From assembly GCA_964581855.1 (NCBI GenBank), contig CAZOQH010000001.1:1-42041 (forward strand): a DNA stretch of 42,041 nt, given 5' to 3'. The notes beneath the pieces were generated by a model. It was given only the letters and a program-made list of their open reading frames with translations. It was not told the DNA's origin and made no database searches. Shown piece by piece: positions 1 through 8,327 of this stretch. The translations under genes were made by a program, and so were the position numbers. Numbering within the stretch: position 1 is the stretch's first letter; each line of letters starts with the position of its first letter. Source of the stretch: an uncultured Flavobacterium sp. (GTDB taxonomy: Bacteria; Bacteroidota; Bacteroidia; Flavobacteriales; Flavobacteriaceae).

Positions 1-67
1 TCTAACTACTAAACCACCCGATTTCTCGGGCAAAACAACACAACTAATCTTAAATATTTTTCCGCAA

Positions 68-97
68 AAAAAAGTTTTCGTTTCCGAAAACTTTTTT
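68..97. terminator. Intrinsic terminator downstream of tRNA-Asp
   Basis: AAAAAAGTTTTCG-TTTC-CGAAAACTTTTTT perfect inverted repeat; gives a U-tract on the minus strand just 3' of the tRNA. Confidence 0.75.
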
Positions 98-113
98 ACT
101 TTGCTATTTTTAG

Positions 114-187
114 CGGTCTGGACGGGACTCGAACCCGCGACCCCATGCGTGACAGGCATGTATTCTAACCAACTGAACTACCAAACC
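114..187 (-). tRNA. tRNA-Asp (anticodon GTC), CCA not encoded
   Basis: Reverse complement GGTTTGGTAGTTCAGTTGGTTAGAATACATGCCTGTCACGCATGGGGTCGCGGGTTCGAGTCCCGTCCAGACCG: acceptor stem GGTTTGG/CCAGACC, D-loop, anticodon loop CTGTCAC, TTCGA T-loop. Confidence 0.97.
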
Positions 188-205
188 GTTGCTGTATTGC
201 GAGTG

Positions 206-235
206 CAAATATACAACTGTTTTTAATATCTGCAA
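206..235 (-). promoter_or_regulatory. Bacteroidota housekeeping promoter for tRNA-Asp
   Basis: Minus strand TTG (235-233), 19-nt spacer, TATATTTG (213-206); matches TTG-N19-TAnnTTTG. Confidence 0.75.
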
Positions 236-259
236 GCGTTTTTCTGAAAAATTTTATGT

Positions 260-1186
260 TTATCCGAACTTTTGCTTCTCGGTTAAATAAGTTGTCATGA
301 CTTTGTCAAAGCTATCTTCCACAGCCACAGGAATATATTTGATTCTGTACTGTGAACAGATGAGTGAAATTTTTTCAAAATATTTTTTAACCGCTTTGCT
401 ATATGCTTCCTGAATGTTTTCAGCAAACAAGTTTATTTCTTCTCCGCTTTCGATATCTATGAACTTTTTAGGAGTATTGCTGAATTCGAAGTTTAGTTCG
501 TGTTGTTTGCTGTATACATGAAAGACAATTACTTTGTGTTTGTTGTATTTTAGGTGTTGTAAGGCTCTAAAGAGTTCGTCCTCATCCTGATTTTGGAACA
601 TGTCTGTAAACAGAACAATCATGGAGCGTCTATGAATTTTCTCTGCTATTTGATGTAAAAACTCAACCGTATTGGTAGATTTGTTTGGAGTCGGAGCAGC
701 GAGAAGGTTTTCTAAAGTGTTTAAAAGCATTCGATGATGCCTGTCACTTCCTTTTTCTGAAGCGTAATATTCGTATTTGTTCGAATAGATGCTCAAACCT
801 ACAGCATCGCGTTGCTTTTTCAGCAGATTCATTAATACGGCTGAAGCCAATACCGAAAAACCAATCTTACTTTTATAAAAAGGTTGGTCTTGTTCTAAAT
901 AAGGATAATACATCGAAGACGAATTATCTACTATAAGGTGACATCTTAGGTTGGTTTCTTCTTCAAACCTTTTGGTGTATAAACGATCGGTACGAGCAAA
1001 AAGTTTCCAGTCAATATTTTTGGTACTTTCTCCCGAATTGTAAATCTTATGTTCAGCAAATTCAGCTGAAAATCCATGAAAAGGGCTTTTGTGCATCCCA
1101 GAAATAAAACCTTCAACTACCTGATTAGCCAAAAGCTCTAGGTTCTGAAAGGCTGCTATCTTCTCGAAATTTTGTTCTATCCTCAT
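260..1186 (-). CDS. DUF58 domain-containing protein (vWA-like, MoxR-associated family)
   Basis: GMHKSPFHGFSAEFAEHKIY...IDWK motif and a MIDAS-like VDNSSSM; 308 aa. Confidence 0.9.
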   Translation of the reverse strand: MRIEQNFEKIAAFQNLELLANQVVEGFISGMHKSPFHGFSAEFAEHKIYNSGESTKNIDWKLFARTDRLYTKRFEEETNLRCHLIVDNSSSMYYPYLEQDQPFYKSKIGFSVLASAVLMNLLKKQRDAVGLSIYSNKYEYYASEKGSDRHHRMLLNTLENLLAAPTPNKSTNTVEFLHQIAEKIHRRSMIVLFTDMFQNQDEDELFRALQHLKYNKHKVIVFHVYSKQHELNFEFSNTPKKFIDIESGEEINLFAENIQEAYSKAVKKYFEKISLICSQYRIKYIPVAVEDSFDKVMTTYLTEKQKFG

Positions 1187-1190
1187 AAGT

Positions 1191-1198
1191 CAAAGGTA
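1191..1198 (-). promoter_or_regulatory. -7 promoter element for the DUF58 gene
   Basis: Minus strand TACCTTTG ending 4 nt before the ATG at 1186. Confidence 0.6.
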
Positions 1199-1221
1199 AT
1201 AAAATAATCATAAAACCTCTC

Positions 1222-1252
1222 TTTGTCTTTCGTGTAAAAAAGGTTACTTTTG
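1222..1252 (+). promoter_or_regulatory. Housekeeping promoter for the lipoprotein / carboxylase genes
   Basis: TTTG (1222-1225), N19, TACTTTTG (1245-1252). Confidence 0.7.
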
Positions 1253-1267
1253 TTTAAATTTTTATTT

Positions 1268-2224
1268 ATGAAACGTATTATAAGTTTTCTTTGCTTGACT
1301 TTATTATTGTCAGCGTGTGATGATGGTGACTTATCGGTAACGACCTTTAATTTTACTTCACAAAGTTTGAGCAAATGCTCTACTAACACTTTTATATATA
1401 ATATAGACCAAAACGAAGTATTGTTATTAGACATTCCGCTTAATAATTTTATAAATAGAGAAGGAAGCAGAGTATATGAATTGTCTTCTGCAGATAAATT
1501 AGTTTATAGATTATACAACGGTAGTGTTAACAATTCGATTTTATGTGCTGAATTTCCTGTTTCCGAACCAAAAGTAATCGAAGAATGGACAGCACTTGCA
1601 GGGGCTACAATAGAAATTACAACTTTTGCTAATCCTGACACAGAAAACGGAGGAATACTTGATATTTCGGGTTATACACATCAAATTGTTTTAAAAGATG
1701 TAATTTTTAAAAAAGGGAATAGTCAAATGGTTTATGAAGAATATGTTTTCGGAAATTATATTACTCCTAACTTAATAAAATTTGACTTTTCTGAAACAGT
1801 ACAGCCTTGTGAAACAAATCAATTGTTGTATAAGTTAAATTTGAAAGAAGCGCTGGTGATGAATTTAGAACAAGAACTATTTGAAAACCAAGAAACCAAT
1901 GGTATTCCTAGAACAAGGTTGATAAATAACGTAAATAATCCTATTATTTATAAGGTGTTTGATAGTAATGTAACAGGAAATTATTTTTGTTCAACCATTC
2001 CGCCAACTTCTCCAAATGTAGTAGAAGAATGGTATGCACAAAATGGCGAAGAAGGAATTTCGGGAATTATTGAAGTAGAGACAGAACAAGTCTTAGACGA
2101 AGTTACAGGAGAACCAGCCGGATATCTCCACCATATTACACTCACGAAAGTAACTTTTAGTAATACAAATACGTCTTTTTACTTTGAAGAGTATTACGTA
2201 GGAAAGTATGGAGTAGAACTTTAA
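1268..2224 (+). CDS. Hypothetical lipoprotein with two tandem homologous domains
   Basis: SPII signal MKRIISFLCLTLLLSA-C followed by DDGD; internal duplication. Start moved to ATG 1268 because the ORF-track TTG at 1250 lies within the promoter -7 element. Confidence 0.85.
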   Translation: MKRIISFLCLTLLLSACDDGDLSVTTFNFTSQSLSKCSTNTFIYNIDQNEVLLLDIPLNNFINREGSRVYELSSADKLVYRLYNGSVNNSILCAEFPVSEPKVIEEWTALAGATIEITTFANPDTENGGILDISGYTHQIVLKDVIFKKGNSQMVYEEYVFGNYITPNLIKFDFSETVQPCETNQLLYKLNLKEALVMNLEQELFENQETNGIPRTRLINNVNNPIIYKVFDSNVTGNYFCSTIPPTSPNVVEEWYAQNGEEGISGIIEVETEQVLDEVTGEPAGYLHHITLTKVTFSNTNTSFYFEEYYVGKYGVEL

Positions 2225-2272
2225 AATATACCAGCAAGTAAAACAATTAAACATCACTATCAACTATATAAA

Positions 2273-3916
2273 ATGGATATCAACTTTAATATAAACGAAG
2301 ATTACAATAAACTTTTAGTATCGGACTTGCGTAAGAAATTTGCTAAAGTAAAACTCGGAGGAGGACAAAAACGCATTGAAAAACTACATTCTGAAGGGAA
2401 AATGACCGCTCGGGAGCGTATTGATTACCTATTGGATAAAGATAAAGAGAGTATAGAAATTGGTGCTTTTGCCGGAGAAGGAATGTATCAAGAACACGGA
2501 GGTTGCCCTAGCGGAGGTGTAGTGGTTAAAATCGGATATGTTAGCGGAAAACAAGTAATTGTGGTAGCTAATGATGCAACCGTAAAAGCGGGAGCTTGGT
2601 TTCCGATTACGGGAAAGAAAAACCTTAGAGCACAAGAGATTTCTATCGAAAATCGCCTTCCGATCATTTATTTAGTAGATAGTGCAGGAGTGTATTTGCC
2701 GATGCAAGACGAAATATTTCCGGACAAAGAACACTTCGGACGAATTTTCCGCAATAATGCTATTATGAGCAGTATGGGAATTACTCAAATTGCAGCAGTG
2801 ATGGGAAGTTGCGTTGCAGGAGGAGCTTATCTTCCGATTATGAGTGACGAAGCATTAATTGTCGATAAAACAGGAAGTATATTTTTGGCGGGAAGCTATT
2901 TGGTAAAAGCAGCTATCGGAGAAAGTATTGATAACGAAACGCTTGGTGGAGCAACTACACATTGCGAAATTTCGGGAGTAACCGACTTCAAAGCAAAAGA
3001 CGATAAAGATGCATTAGATAGAATAAAAAACGTAGTTGGCAAAATAGGAGATTTTGATAAAGCAGGATACAATAGAGTGGAGCCTCAAAAACCAGCCCTA
3101 AAAGAAGAAGATATTTACGGAATCATACCTAAATCAAGAGCCGAACAATATGATATGTACGAAGTTATCAAGCGTTTGGTAGATAATTCTGAATTTGATG
3201 AATACAAAGCTGGTTACGGACAAACCATCATCACAGCTTATGCCCGAATTGATGGTTGGGCTGTAGGAATTGTTGCGAATCAAAGAAAGGTCGTAAAAAC
3301 TACAGCAGCCAAAACCAAACCAAGCGAAATGCAATTCGGAGGAGTAATTTATTCGGATAGTGCTGATAAAGCTACACGTTTTATAGCTAATTGTAATCAG
3401 AAGAAAATCCCTTTGATTTTTTTACAAGACGTTACCGGATTTATGGTCGGTTCTAAGTCTGAACACGGAGGAATAATCAAAGATGGAGCTAAAATGGTGA
3501 ACGCAGTTTCAAATTCGGTTGTGCCTAAGTTTACGGTAATTGTAGGGAACTCGTATGGAGCAGGAAATTATGCAATGTGCGGGAAGGCTTATGACCCTCG
3601 ACTTATTTTTGCATGGCCAAGTGCTGAATTAGCTGTAATGGGAGGCGCACAAGCTGCCAAAGTTTTGCTTCAAATCGAAGCCTCATCACTTAAAGCAAAA
3701 GGAGAAGAACTCACTCCAGAAAAGGAAGCAGAATTATTCGAAAAAATAAAAGCTCGTTATGATGAGCAAGTTTCGCCTTATTATGCAGCCGCAAGATTAT
3801 GGACAGACGCTATTATCGACCCACTTGAAACCCGAAAATGGATTTCTATAGGAATCGAAGCAGCCAATCACGCTCCGATTGAAAAGCCATTTAATTTAGG
3901 AGTGATTCAGGTGTAA
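2273..3916 (+). CDS. Acyl-CoA carboxylase beta (carboxyltransferase) subunit, methylcrotonyl-CoA carboxylase-like
   Basis: GKMTARERID, VANDATVKAG, GSCVAGGAY, GNSYGAGNYAMCG, YYAAARLWTD motifs of carboxyltransferases. Confidence 0.92.
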   Translation: MDINFNINEDYNKLLVSDLRKKFAKVKLGGGQKRIEKLHSEGKMTARERIDYLLDKDKESIEIGAFAGEGMYQEHGGCPSGGVVVKIGYVSGKQVIVVANDATVKAGAWFPITGKKNLRAQEISIENRLPIIYLVDSAGVYLPMQDEIFPDKEHFGRIFRNNAIMSSMGITQIAAVMGSCVAGGAYLPIMSDEALIVDKTGSIFLAGSYLVKAAIGESIDNETLGGATTHCEISGVTDFKAKDDKDALDRIKNVVGKIGDFDKAGYNRVEPQKPALKEEDIYGIIPKSRAEQYDMYEVIKRLVDNSEFDEYKAGYGQTIITAYARIDGWAVGIVANQRKVVKTTAAKTKPSEMQFGGVIYSDSADKATRFIANCNQKKIPLIFLQDVTGFMVGSKSEHGGIIKDGAKMVNAVSNSVVPKFTVIVGNSYGAGNYAMCGKAYDPRLIFAWPSAELAVMGGAQAAKVLLQIEASSLKAKGEELTPEKEAELFEKIKARYDEQVSPYYAAARLWTDAIIDPLETRKWISIGIEAANHAPIEKPFNLGVIQV

Positions 3917-3973
3917 GATTTAGGAATATTATAACTAAATACTTTAAACCTAACAATAAAAACTTTTTTGATT

Positions 3974-3989
3974 TTGGCTTGATTATTGC
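3974..3989 (+). promoter_or_regulatory. Putative sigma-54 (-24/-12) promoter
   Basis: TTGGCTTGATTATTGC has GG-N10-GC spacing with TTGC; it ends 35 nt upstream of the ATG at 4025 and no TAnnTTTG is present. Confidence 0.5.
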
Positions 3990-4024
3990 CAAAGCCTAAT
4001 CAATATAACTAATACTTAAATCCT

Positions 4025-4537
4025 ATGAGAAAAATTGCTTTTATTTTTACACTTATACTTGGAGTGGTATCTTTCCAGGGTTGTACAGGTCCTGAAGGTC
4101 CCCGAGGACCACAAGGTTATCCAGGACCAGCTAGTGAAGTTTTTGAAGTAACAGGTTCGTTTACATCGAATAACAACTATACTATAAACGTTTCTTTAAA
4201 TCCAGCCATATATAACTCGGATGTAGTTTTGGTTTACGAATTAGCGGGAGTGGTCTCAGGAAATACTGATGTGTGGAAACCTTTGCCAGCAGTATATTAT
4301 CTGAATGACGGTAGAGATTTAAGATATTTCTTTGATTTTACAAGAAATGATGTTCAGATTTATTTGGATGTGATCGACCCTTCATTTGATATTCCTGATC
4401 CCTACAGAATAAATAAAACCTTCCGTATTGTCATAGTTCCTGGATATTTTTCGTTAGACGGAATTGATACTTCGGATATTAATGCAGTGATGAATGCCTT
4501 GAGTTTAACAAGTAATTCAGTACAACTTTTGGATTAG
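4025..4537 (+). CDS. Lipoprotein with short collagen-like (Gly-X-Y) stalk
   Basis: SPII signal ...VVSFQG-C then T-GPE-GPR-GPQ-GYP-GPA; 170 aa. Confidence 0.85.
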   Translation: MRKIAFIFTLILGVVSFQGCTGPEGPRGPQGYPGPASEVFEVTGSFTSNNNYTINVSLNPAIYNSDVVLVYELAGVVSGNTDVWKPLPAVYYLNDGRDLRYFFDFTRNDVQIYLDVIDPSFDIPDPYRINKTFRIVIVPGYFSLDGIDTSDINAVMNALSLTSNSVQLLD

Positions 4538-4554
4538 ATTAGACCAATTTAAAT

Positions 4555-4604
4555 GAATACTACGAATTTAATCGAATAACATAATCGGTAAATTCGTAGT
4601 ATTC
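4555..4604. repeat. 16-bp perfect inverted repeat (long hairpin)
   Basis: GAATACTACGAATTTA (4555-4570) / TAAATTCGTAGTATTC (4589-4604). Confidence 0.8.
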
Positions 4605-4616
4605 GTATTTTATACA

Positions 4617-4624
4617 TAAATTTG
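4617..4624 (+). promoter_or_regulatory. -7 promoter element for glnS
   Basis: TAAATTTG ending 21 nt upstream of ATG 4646. Confidence 0.65.
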
Positions 4625-4645
4625 CACCTTACAATTTTTGAGAAT

Positions 4646-6331
4646 ATGTCAGAAAAAGAAAAATCACTCAATTTTATTGAACAAATCATAGAAGAAGATT
4701 TAAAAAACGGACTTGACCGTAAAAAACTTCGTTTTCGTTTTCCACCAGAACCAAACGGCTATTTACATATCGGGCACGCGAGTTCTATTTGTCTAAATTT
4801 CGGTTTAGGATTGGATTATCAAGCACCTGTGAACCTTCGTTTTGACGATACAAATCCAGCTAAAGAAGAGCAGGAGTACGTAGATGCTATAAAAGCCGAT
4901 GTAGAATGGTTAGGTTTTAAGTGGGCAGAAGAACGATATGCATCTGATTATTTTCAGCAATTGTACGATTGGGCAGTTGAACTTATTAAAAAAGGAAAAG
5001 CTTATGTGGATAGTCAGTCCTCAGAAGAGATGGCTAAACAAAAAGGAACACCTACACAACCCGGAACAGACAGTCCGTTTCGGAATCGTTCAATAGAAGA
5101 AAACTTAGATTTGTTCGAAAGAATGAAAAGCGGAGAGTTTCCAGAAGGAACACACGTTTTGAGAGCAAAAATAAACATGGCATCTCCTAATATGTTGATG
5201 CGAGATCCGATTATGTATCGCATTCTTCATAAAGAACACCACAGAACGGGTAATCAATGGTGTATTTACCCAATGTATGATTGGGCTCACGGAGAAAGTG
5301 ATTATCTCGAACAAATCACACATTCACTTTGTACTTTAGAGTTTTTACCTCATAGAGAACTATATGATTGGTTCTTGGATCAGATTTATGATGACACACT
5401 AATCAGACCGAAACAAAGAGAATTTGCTAGGAGAAACCTCTCGCATACTGTTGTAAGTAAACGAAAACTTTTGCAATTGGTGCAAGAAGGTCATGTGTCT
5501 GGTTGGGATGACCCTCGTATGAGTACTATTTCGGGAATGAGAAGAAGAGGTTATACCCCGGCAGCAATTCGAAATTTTGCTAATACTATCGGAATTGCGA
5601 AAAGAGATAATCTGATTGATGTGTCGCTTTTAGAATTTTGCGTCAGAGAGGACTTGAATAAAATTGCACCTCGAGTGATGGCTGTTTTGGATCCTGTTAA
5701 AATGGTAATTACTAATTATCCAGAAGGAAAAGAAGAATGGCTCGAAGCAGAAAACAATCCGGAAGAAGAAATAATGACATATCGTAAAGTTCCTTTTTCG
5801 AGAGAATTATATATCGAAAGAGAAGACTTTAAGGAAGATGCAGACAAGAAGTTTTTTCGCTTGACCCTCGGTAAAGAAGTTCGTCTAAAAAATGCTTATA
5901 TCATTAAAGGAGAAAGTGTTGTAAAGGATGAAAATGGGAATATTACTGAGATTCATGTTACTTATGACGAAGATTCGCGTTCAGGAAGTGGAACAGAAGC
6001 CAGTAAAAGAAAAGTAAAAGGAACAATTCACTGGGTTTCGATTCCTCATGCTATTGAAGCTCAAATTCGAGTGTACGACCGTTTGTTTACAAACGAAAAT
6101 CCTGATGGCAACAAAGAAGTGGATTTTAAAGAATATATCAACCCTAACTCTTTAGAAATTGTAAAAGGATATTTAGAACCAAGCCTGAAAGAGGCCAAGG
6201 TAGGAGATAAATTTCAGTTTCAACGTTTAGGATACTTTACTATGGATAAAGATTCTACTGCAGAACAATTGATATTCAACAAGACGGTAGGGTTGAGAGA
6301 TACTTGGGCTAAAATCGAAAGTAAAGAATAG
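4646..6331 (+). CDS. glnS: Glutamine--tRNA ligase
   Basis: [14 protein letters not shown] (HIGH motif), [29 protein letters not shown]. Start set to ATG 4646; the TTG at 4622 is part of the promoter. Confidence 0.96.
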   Translation: MSEKEKSLNFIEQIIEEDLKNGLDRKKLRFRFPPEPNGYLHIGHASSICLNFGLGLDYQAPVNLRFDDTNPAKEEQEYVDAIKADVEWLGFKWAEERYASDYFQQLYDWAVELIKKGKAYVDSQSSEEMAKQKGTPTQPGTDSPFRNRSIEENLDLFERMKSGEFPEGTHVLRAKINMASPNMLMRDPIMYRILHKEHHRTGNQWCIYPMYDWAHGESDYLEQITHSLCTLEFLPHRELYDWFLDQIYDDTLIRPKQREFARRNLSHTVVSKRKLLQLVQEGHVSGWDDPRMSTISGMRRRGYTPAAIRNFANTIGIAKRDNLIDVSLLEFCVREDLNKIAPRVMAVLDPVKMVITNYPEGKEEWLEAENNPEEEIMTYRKVPFSRELYIEREDFKEDADKKFFRLTLGKEVRLKNAYIIKGESVVKDENGNITEIHVTYDEDSRSGSGTEASKRKVKGTIHWVSIPHAIEAQIRVYDRLFTNENPDGNKEVDFKEYINPNSLEIVKGYLEPSLKEAKVGDKFQFQRLGYFTMDKDSTAEQLIFNKTVGLRDTWAKIESKE

Positions 6332-6352
6332 AATAATAAAATATCTTAGTAT

Positions 6353-6392
6353 AAAAAAACCTCACAAATCTAAAAGATTGTGAGGTTTTTTT
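6353..6392. terminator. Bidirectional intrinsic terminator (glnS / FKBP)
   Basis: A7-CCTCACA...TGTGAGG-T7 between convergent genes. Confidence 0.85.
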
Positions 6393-6405
6393 AGGTTTTA
6401 ATTAC

Positions 6406-7290
6406 TTAAGGTTCTATCGGACCTATGCAATTTACGTCTAAATGTACTTTTATACTGCTTCCAGCACACGATGGAATTTCATCAAAAGGATAAATACTGC
6501 CATCGGGTTTTTTAATCTCTGTTCGAGTAATTACTCCGTCGTTGTCATCATCAGTATCTAAATAGTTAGGAGTCCCGTCTGCGTCAAAATCATATTCTCT
6601 TGGGTCATCTCCAAGGTTTTCTACCTCTAAATACGAAAGGATTCCGTCTCTGTCGTGGTCTCTGTATTTTAAAGTGTTGAGGTTAAAAGTAAAAACCAAA
6701 GTCGAATATAACGGAATCATAGAAGTAGATGGAGGGCGATTGTAATATCCCAATCCAGAAGGAACAAACATTATCCCTGCTCCTGAATCATCAAAAGTAT
6801 TTGAGATTTCATTATAAAATCCGGTCTTGAAGTCCGGAAATAATTGTGTCCATCCTTCTATTACTTCATCTAATGGAAGCCAAATCGGGTTGGGTGCATA
6901 ATCAAATTGTGTTCCGTCTATAAGCCAACCTCTATAACTCGCAAAAACTGAATCCACATGAGAAGGTCGTTGATTTCCGCCTTCGTTAAACTTGATATAA
7001 TACAACTTGTATTCTATGTCGTGCTTATTGACAGTTTTATAGGCAAGGTCAGGATTTTCCCACACAGGAGTTTGGTTTCCGTTTTCAGGAATTTTTTCAA
7101 GACTAAGTTCTAAACCTGTTCCTGATATATAATGCGTTTTTAAATATTCTTCTATTTCTAAAGATTCGGTTGCATATTGCTCTCCATAATCTCGTGGAGG
7201 TGTTATGCTTCTCCTATCGTCATCGTCTTTACAAGAAAATAAAGTAGTAGCTGCAAAGGCTATAAATGCGTATAATTTTAAACTTTTCAT
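6406..7290 (-). CDS. FKBP-type peptidyl-prolyl cis-trans isomerase lipoprotein with C-terminal Asp-rich Ca-binding repeats
   Basis: SPII ...TTLFS-C-KDDDD; FKBP motifs YRGWLIDGTQFD, VIEGW, FVPSGLGY, IPLYSTLVF; DxDxDG repeats. ATG 7290 preferred because the TTG at 7314 is in the promoter-like TATCTTGC. Confidence 0.9.
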   Translation of the reverse strand: MKSLKLYAFIAFAATTLFSCKDDDDRRSITPPRDYGEQYATESLEIEEYLKTHYISGTGLELSLEKIPENGNQTPVWENPDLAYKTVNKHDIEYKLYYIKFNEGGNQRPSHVDSVFASYRGWLIDGTQFDYAPNPIWLPLDEVIEGWTQLFPDFKTGFYNEISNTFDDSGAGIMFVPSGLGYYNRPPSTSMIPLYSTLVFTFNLNTLKYRDHDRDGILSYLEVENLGDDPREYDFDADGTPNYLDTDDDNDGVITRTEIKKPDGSIYPFDEIPSCAGSSIKVHLDVNCIGPIEP

Positions 7291-7367
7291 TTTATGAATA
7301 TTTTGAGGGTGCAAGATACAATTTTGCTTTATTTTTGTACGGATATTAACGTAGTTTTTACAAAATT

Positions 7368-7754
7368 ATGCGGATTGATAAATATTTATGGTGTGTCAGA
7401 TACTATAAAACCCGAAACATGGCGACAGAAGCCTGTAAAAAGAACCATATTACAGTAAACGGGAAAATAGCTAAATCTTCTAAAGAGGTATTTCCGACGG
7501 ATAAGATTACCGTTAGAAAAGATCAAATTAATTATGAACTCACGGTTTTGGATATTCCTCCAAACAGAGTGGGAGCGAAGCTGGTCGATATATATCGCAA
7601 AGACGAAACTCCAGCAGAGGCTTTTGCTCATTTAGAATTACTTAAGCTCTCTAAAGAACATTATAGAGCCAAAGGACAAGGTCGTCCTACTAAAAAAGAT
7701 CGTAGAGATATCGAGAGTTTTTATGACGATGATTTTTTTGAAGACGAAATTTAA
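7368..7754 (+). CDS. hslR: S4 RNA-binding protein, ribosome-associated heat shock protein Hsp15 family
   Basis: MRIDKYLWCVRYYKTR N-terminus and GRPTKKDRR C-terminal motif; promoter TATTTTTG at 7330-7337. Confidence 0.9.
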   Translation: MRIDKYLWCVRYYKTRNMATEACKKNHITVNGKIAKSSKEVFPTDKITVRKDQINYELTVLDIPPNRVGAKLVDIYRKDETPAEAFAHLELLKLSKEHYRAKGQGRPTKKDRRDIESFYDDDFFEDEI

Positions 7755-7788
7755 AACTAAAACTTATCTTTGACAAAAATACAATACG

Positions 7789-8286
7789 ATGAATGAAAAT
7801 TTAATATTAAATCCTATTCAGATTAATCATAAAATCAAACGAATTGCTTATCAGATTTACGAAACTTTTGCAGGAGAAAAAGAAATAGTAATAGCCGGAA
7901 TAAATGGTAACGGATATGTTTTTGCGCAAGAAATTGCTAAAGTTTTCGAACAAGTTTCTCCCATCAAAGTTTTGCTTTGTGAAGTGAATATTGATAAGAA
8001 AAATCCGATGGACAAAATTACAACATCGCTCAGTGCCGAAAAATACCAAAATAAAGCAGTAGTTTTGGTAGATGATGTTTTGCATTCGGGAACTACCTTG
8101 GTTTATGGAGTAAAACACTTTTTAGAAGTACCACTCAAAAAACTTAAAACGGCAGTTTTGGTAGATAGAAATCACAAAAAATATCCCATAAAAGTAGATT
8201 TTAAAGGATTGTCTTTGTCTACCTCTTTGCAAGAACACGTCAATGTGAGTTTTGACAAAAAAGATTTTGGTGTTTATCTAAGCTAG
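7789..8286 (+). CDS. Type I phosphoribosyltransferase, PyrR/UPRT-like
   Basis: PRPP-binding VVLVDDVLHSGTT, KRIAYQI and LVDRNH..YPI as in PyrR-like proteins; promoter TATCTTTG at 7765-7772. Confidence 0.85.
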   Translation: MNENLILNPIQINHKIKRIAYQIYETFAGEKEIVIAGINGNGYVFAQEIAKVFEQVSPIKVLLCEVNIDKKNPMDKITTSLSAEKYQNKAVVLVDDVLHSGTTLVYGVKHFLEVPLKKLKTAVLVDRNHKKYPIKVDFKGLSLSTSLQEHVNVSFDKKDFGVYLS

Positions 8287-8322
8287 AAAAAAACCTGACA
8301 GTTAGAACTGTCAGGTTTTTTT
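8287..8322. terminator. Bidirectional intrinsic terminator
   Basis: A7-CCTGACAGTT-AG-AACTGTCAGG-T7 between convergent genes. Confidence 0.88.
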
Positions 8323-8327
8323 AATAA

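Noticed and set aside
1-60. Short hairpin CCCGA-TTTC-TCGGG and faint tRNA-like words at the window start
   Set aside because: No cloverleaf can be built; context is cut by the window edge
114-260. tRNA-Asp as an integration site
   Set aside because: No integrase and no duplicated tRNA 3' end seen within the window
1250-1267. TTG-start N-terminal extensions in the ORF track (1250, also 4622 and 7314)
   Set aside because: Each TTG is part of the promoter -7 element; downstream ATGs (1268, 4646, 7290) give proper N-termini
1183-1434. 83-aa minus-strand ORF upstream of DUF58
   Set aside because: Antisense to the lipoprotein and spans both divergent promoters
7789-8286. PyrR attenuation system
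   Set aside because: PyrR-like fold only; no pyr genes or attenuator leader adjacent
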